A stretch of DNA of 6,277 nt from a virus (taxonomy: Duplodnaviria; Heunggongvirae; Uroviricota; Caudoviricetes), in the IMG/VR virus record IMGVR_UViG_2713896736_000008. The stretch is one strand, 5' to 3'. The position numbers and the translations under genes were made by a program. Under the pieces are notes generated by a model. That model did no database searches. It had not been told where the DNA came from and saw only the letters and a program-made list of their open reading frames with translations. This document shows, one piece after another, positions 5,720-6,277 of this stretch (its first letter is position 1; each line of letters begins with the position of its first letter).

Positions 5720-5938
5720 TTAACGTGGGTATGTAATCATTCTGGCAATGCTTAATGCCGCTGCTTTTTCCAGATTGGTGATATCCTGCTCCAGAGCGGA
5801 CAGATTTTCAGCCTGCTTAGCCCTGGCTTCATTGGCCCATTTCAGGTCCTGCACCGCCTTAATTTTCTGGTGCATCCACTCATAAAGTTCATCATCGGTA
5901 TAGTCTGGCGCGATGATGACGGGGTCTCGTTTCTGCAT
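5720..5938 (-). CDS. Hypothetical small protein, 72 aa, predicted helical/coiled-coil
   Basis: ATG at 5938-5936 with a strong Shine-Dalgarno AAGGAG 4 nt upstream. First gene of the leftward gene string in this window. Occupies the position of the small ydfA/B/C-type ORFs of Qin, but its sequence is not confidently recognised. Confidence 0.7.
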   Translation of the reverse strand: MQKRDPVIIAPDYTDDELYEWMHQKIKAVQDLKWANEARAKQAENLSALEQDITNLEKAAALSIARMITYPR

Positions 5939-5970
5939 GTCGGCTCCTTGTGGTTAGCGTTGCCTGCTTT

Positions 5971-5998
5971 TTAACCACGTCAGGCGAGGTGGTATCCT
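5971..5998 (+). promoter_or_regulatory. Candidate sigma70 promoter for the zinc-ribbon gene in the divergent intergenic region
   Basis: TTAACC (5971-5976), 16-nt spacer, TATCCT (5993-5998), about 35 nt upstream of the ATG at 6032. Hexamers are weak (4/6 each); by eye only. Confidence 0.3.
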
Positions 5999-6031
5999 CT
6001 GAGGGGTCTGTTACTCGAGAGGAAATTGGTT

Positions 6032-6232
6032 ATGAATACAATCAAGTTTTCTTGCCCAGAATGTGGTGGCGAAGTCTTTGACACATCCTTTAAGCCGCAG
6101 GGCTCTGACAGTTTCGCGGGAGCCATCTGCAAAAATTGTGGTCACCTTGTAACTGAAGATGAGTCCTCGCAGTTCGATGACGAAATCGTTGACAATATCT
6201 TCGGTGCACTCACCAGAGACTTTCTGAAGTAA
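6032..6232 (+). CDS. Small zinc-ribbon protein with acidic C-terminal tail, 66 aa
   Basis: ATG at 6032 with GAGAGG Shine-Dalgarno 9 nt upstream (the track begins at an in-frame TTG at 6026). Two CxxC pairs (CPEC and CKNC, 22 residues apart) followed by an acidic tail EDESSQFDDEIVDNIF. Divergently transcribed from the 72-aa gene. Confidence 0.65.
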   Translation: MNTIKFSCPECGGEVFDTSFKPQGSDSFAGAICKNCGHLVTEDESSQFDDEIVDNIFGALTRDFLK

Positions 6233-6277
6233 AGGCGCATACCGCTTAGTTACCGCTCTGATAACTCTTACCTGCCC

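Noticed and set aside
1-6277. CRISPR arrays, rRNA/tRNA genes, insertion-sequence elements
   Set aside because: No regularly spaced repeats of 24-48 bp, no transposase-length ORFs or terminal inverted repeats, and no rRNA/tRNA signatures were seen in the readable sequence.

Overview
This window reads as the integrase-proximal (left) arm of a lambdoid, Qin/Rac-like prophage, with almost everything transcribed leftward on the minus strand. From left to right it holds a lambda-family tyrosine integrase and overlapping excisionase, a large RecE-family exonuclease whose C-terminus is a DnaQ-like (DEDDh) 3'-5' exonuclease, a 406-nt run of N that hides the junction with the next ORF, then a recognisable cell-division-inhibition module (ydfD, dicB, DicF sRNA). 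Upstream of DicF is a 330-bp GC-rich, ORF-poor, hairpin-dense segment with repeated short motifs, followed by a variable block of small genes of unknown function: an AT-rich 77-aa plus-strand gene inserted antisense to the operon, a 135-aa and a 72-aa minus-strand gene, and a divergently transcribed 66-aa zinc-ribbon protein. The most novel-looking part is that variable block together with the structured segment; the int/xis and dicF/dicB calls are established families. All identifications rest on reading the sequence and on recollection of family sequences; no database search was run.
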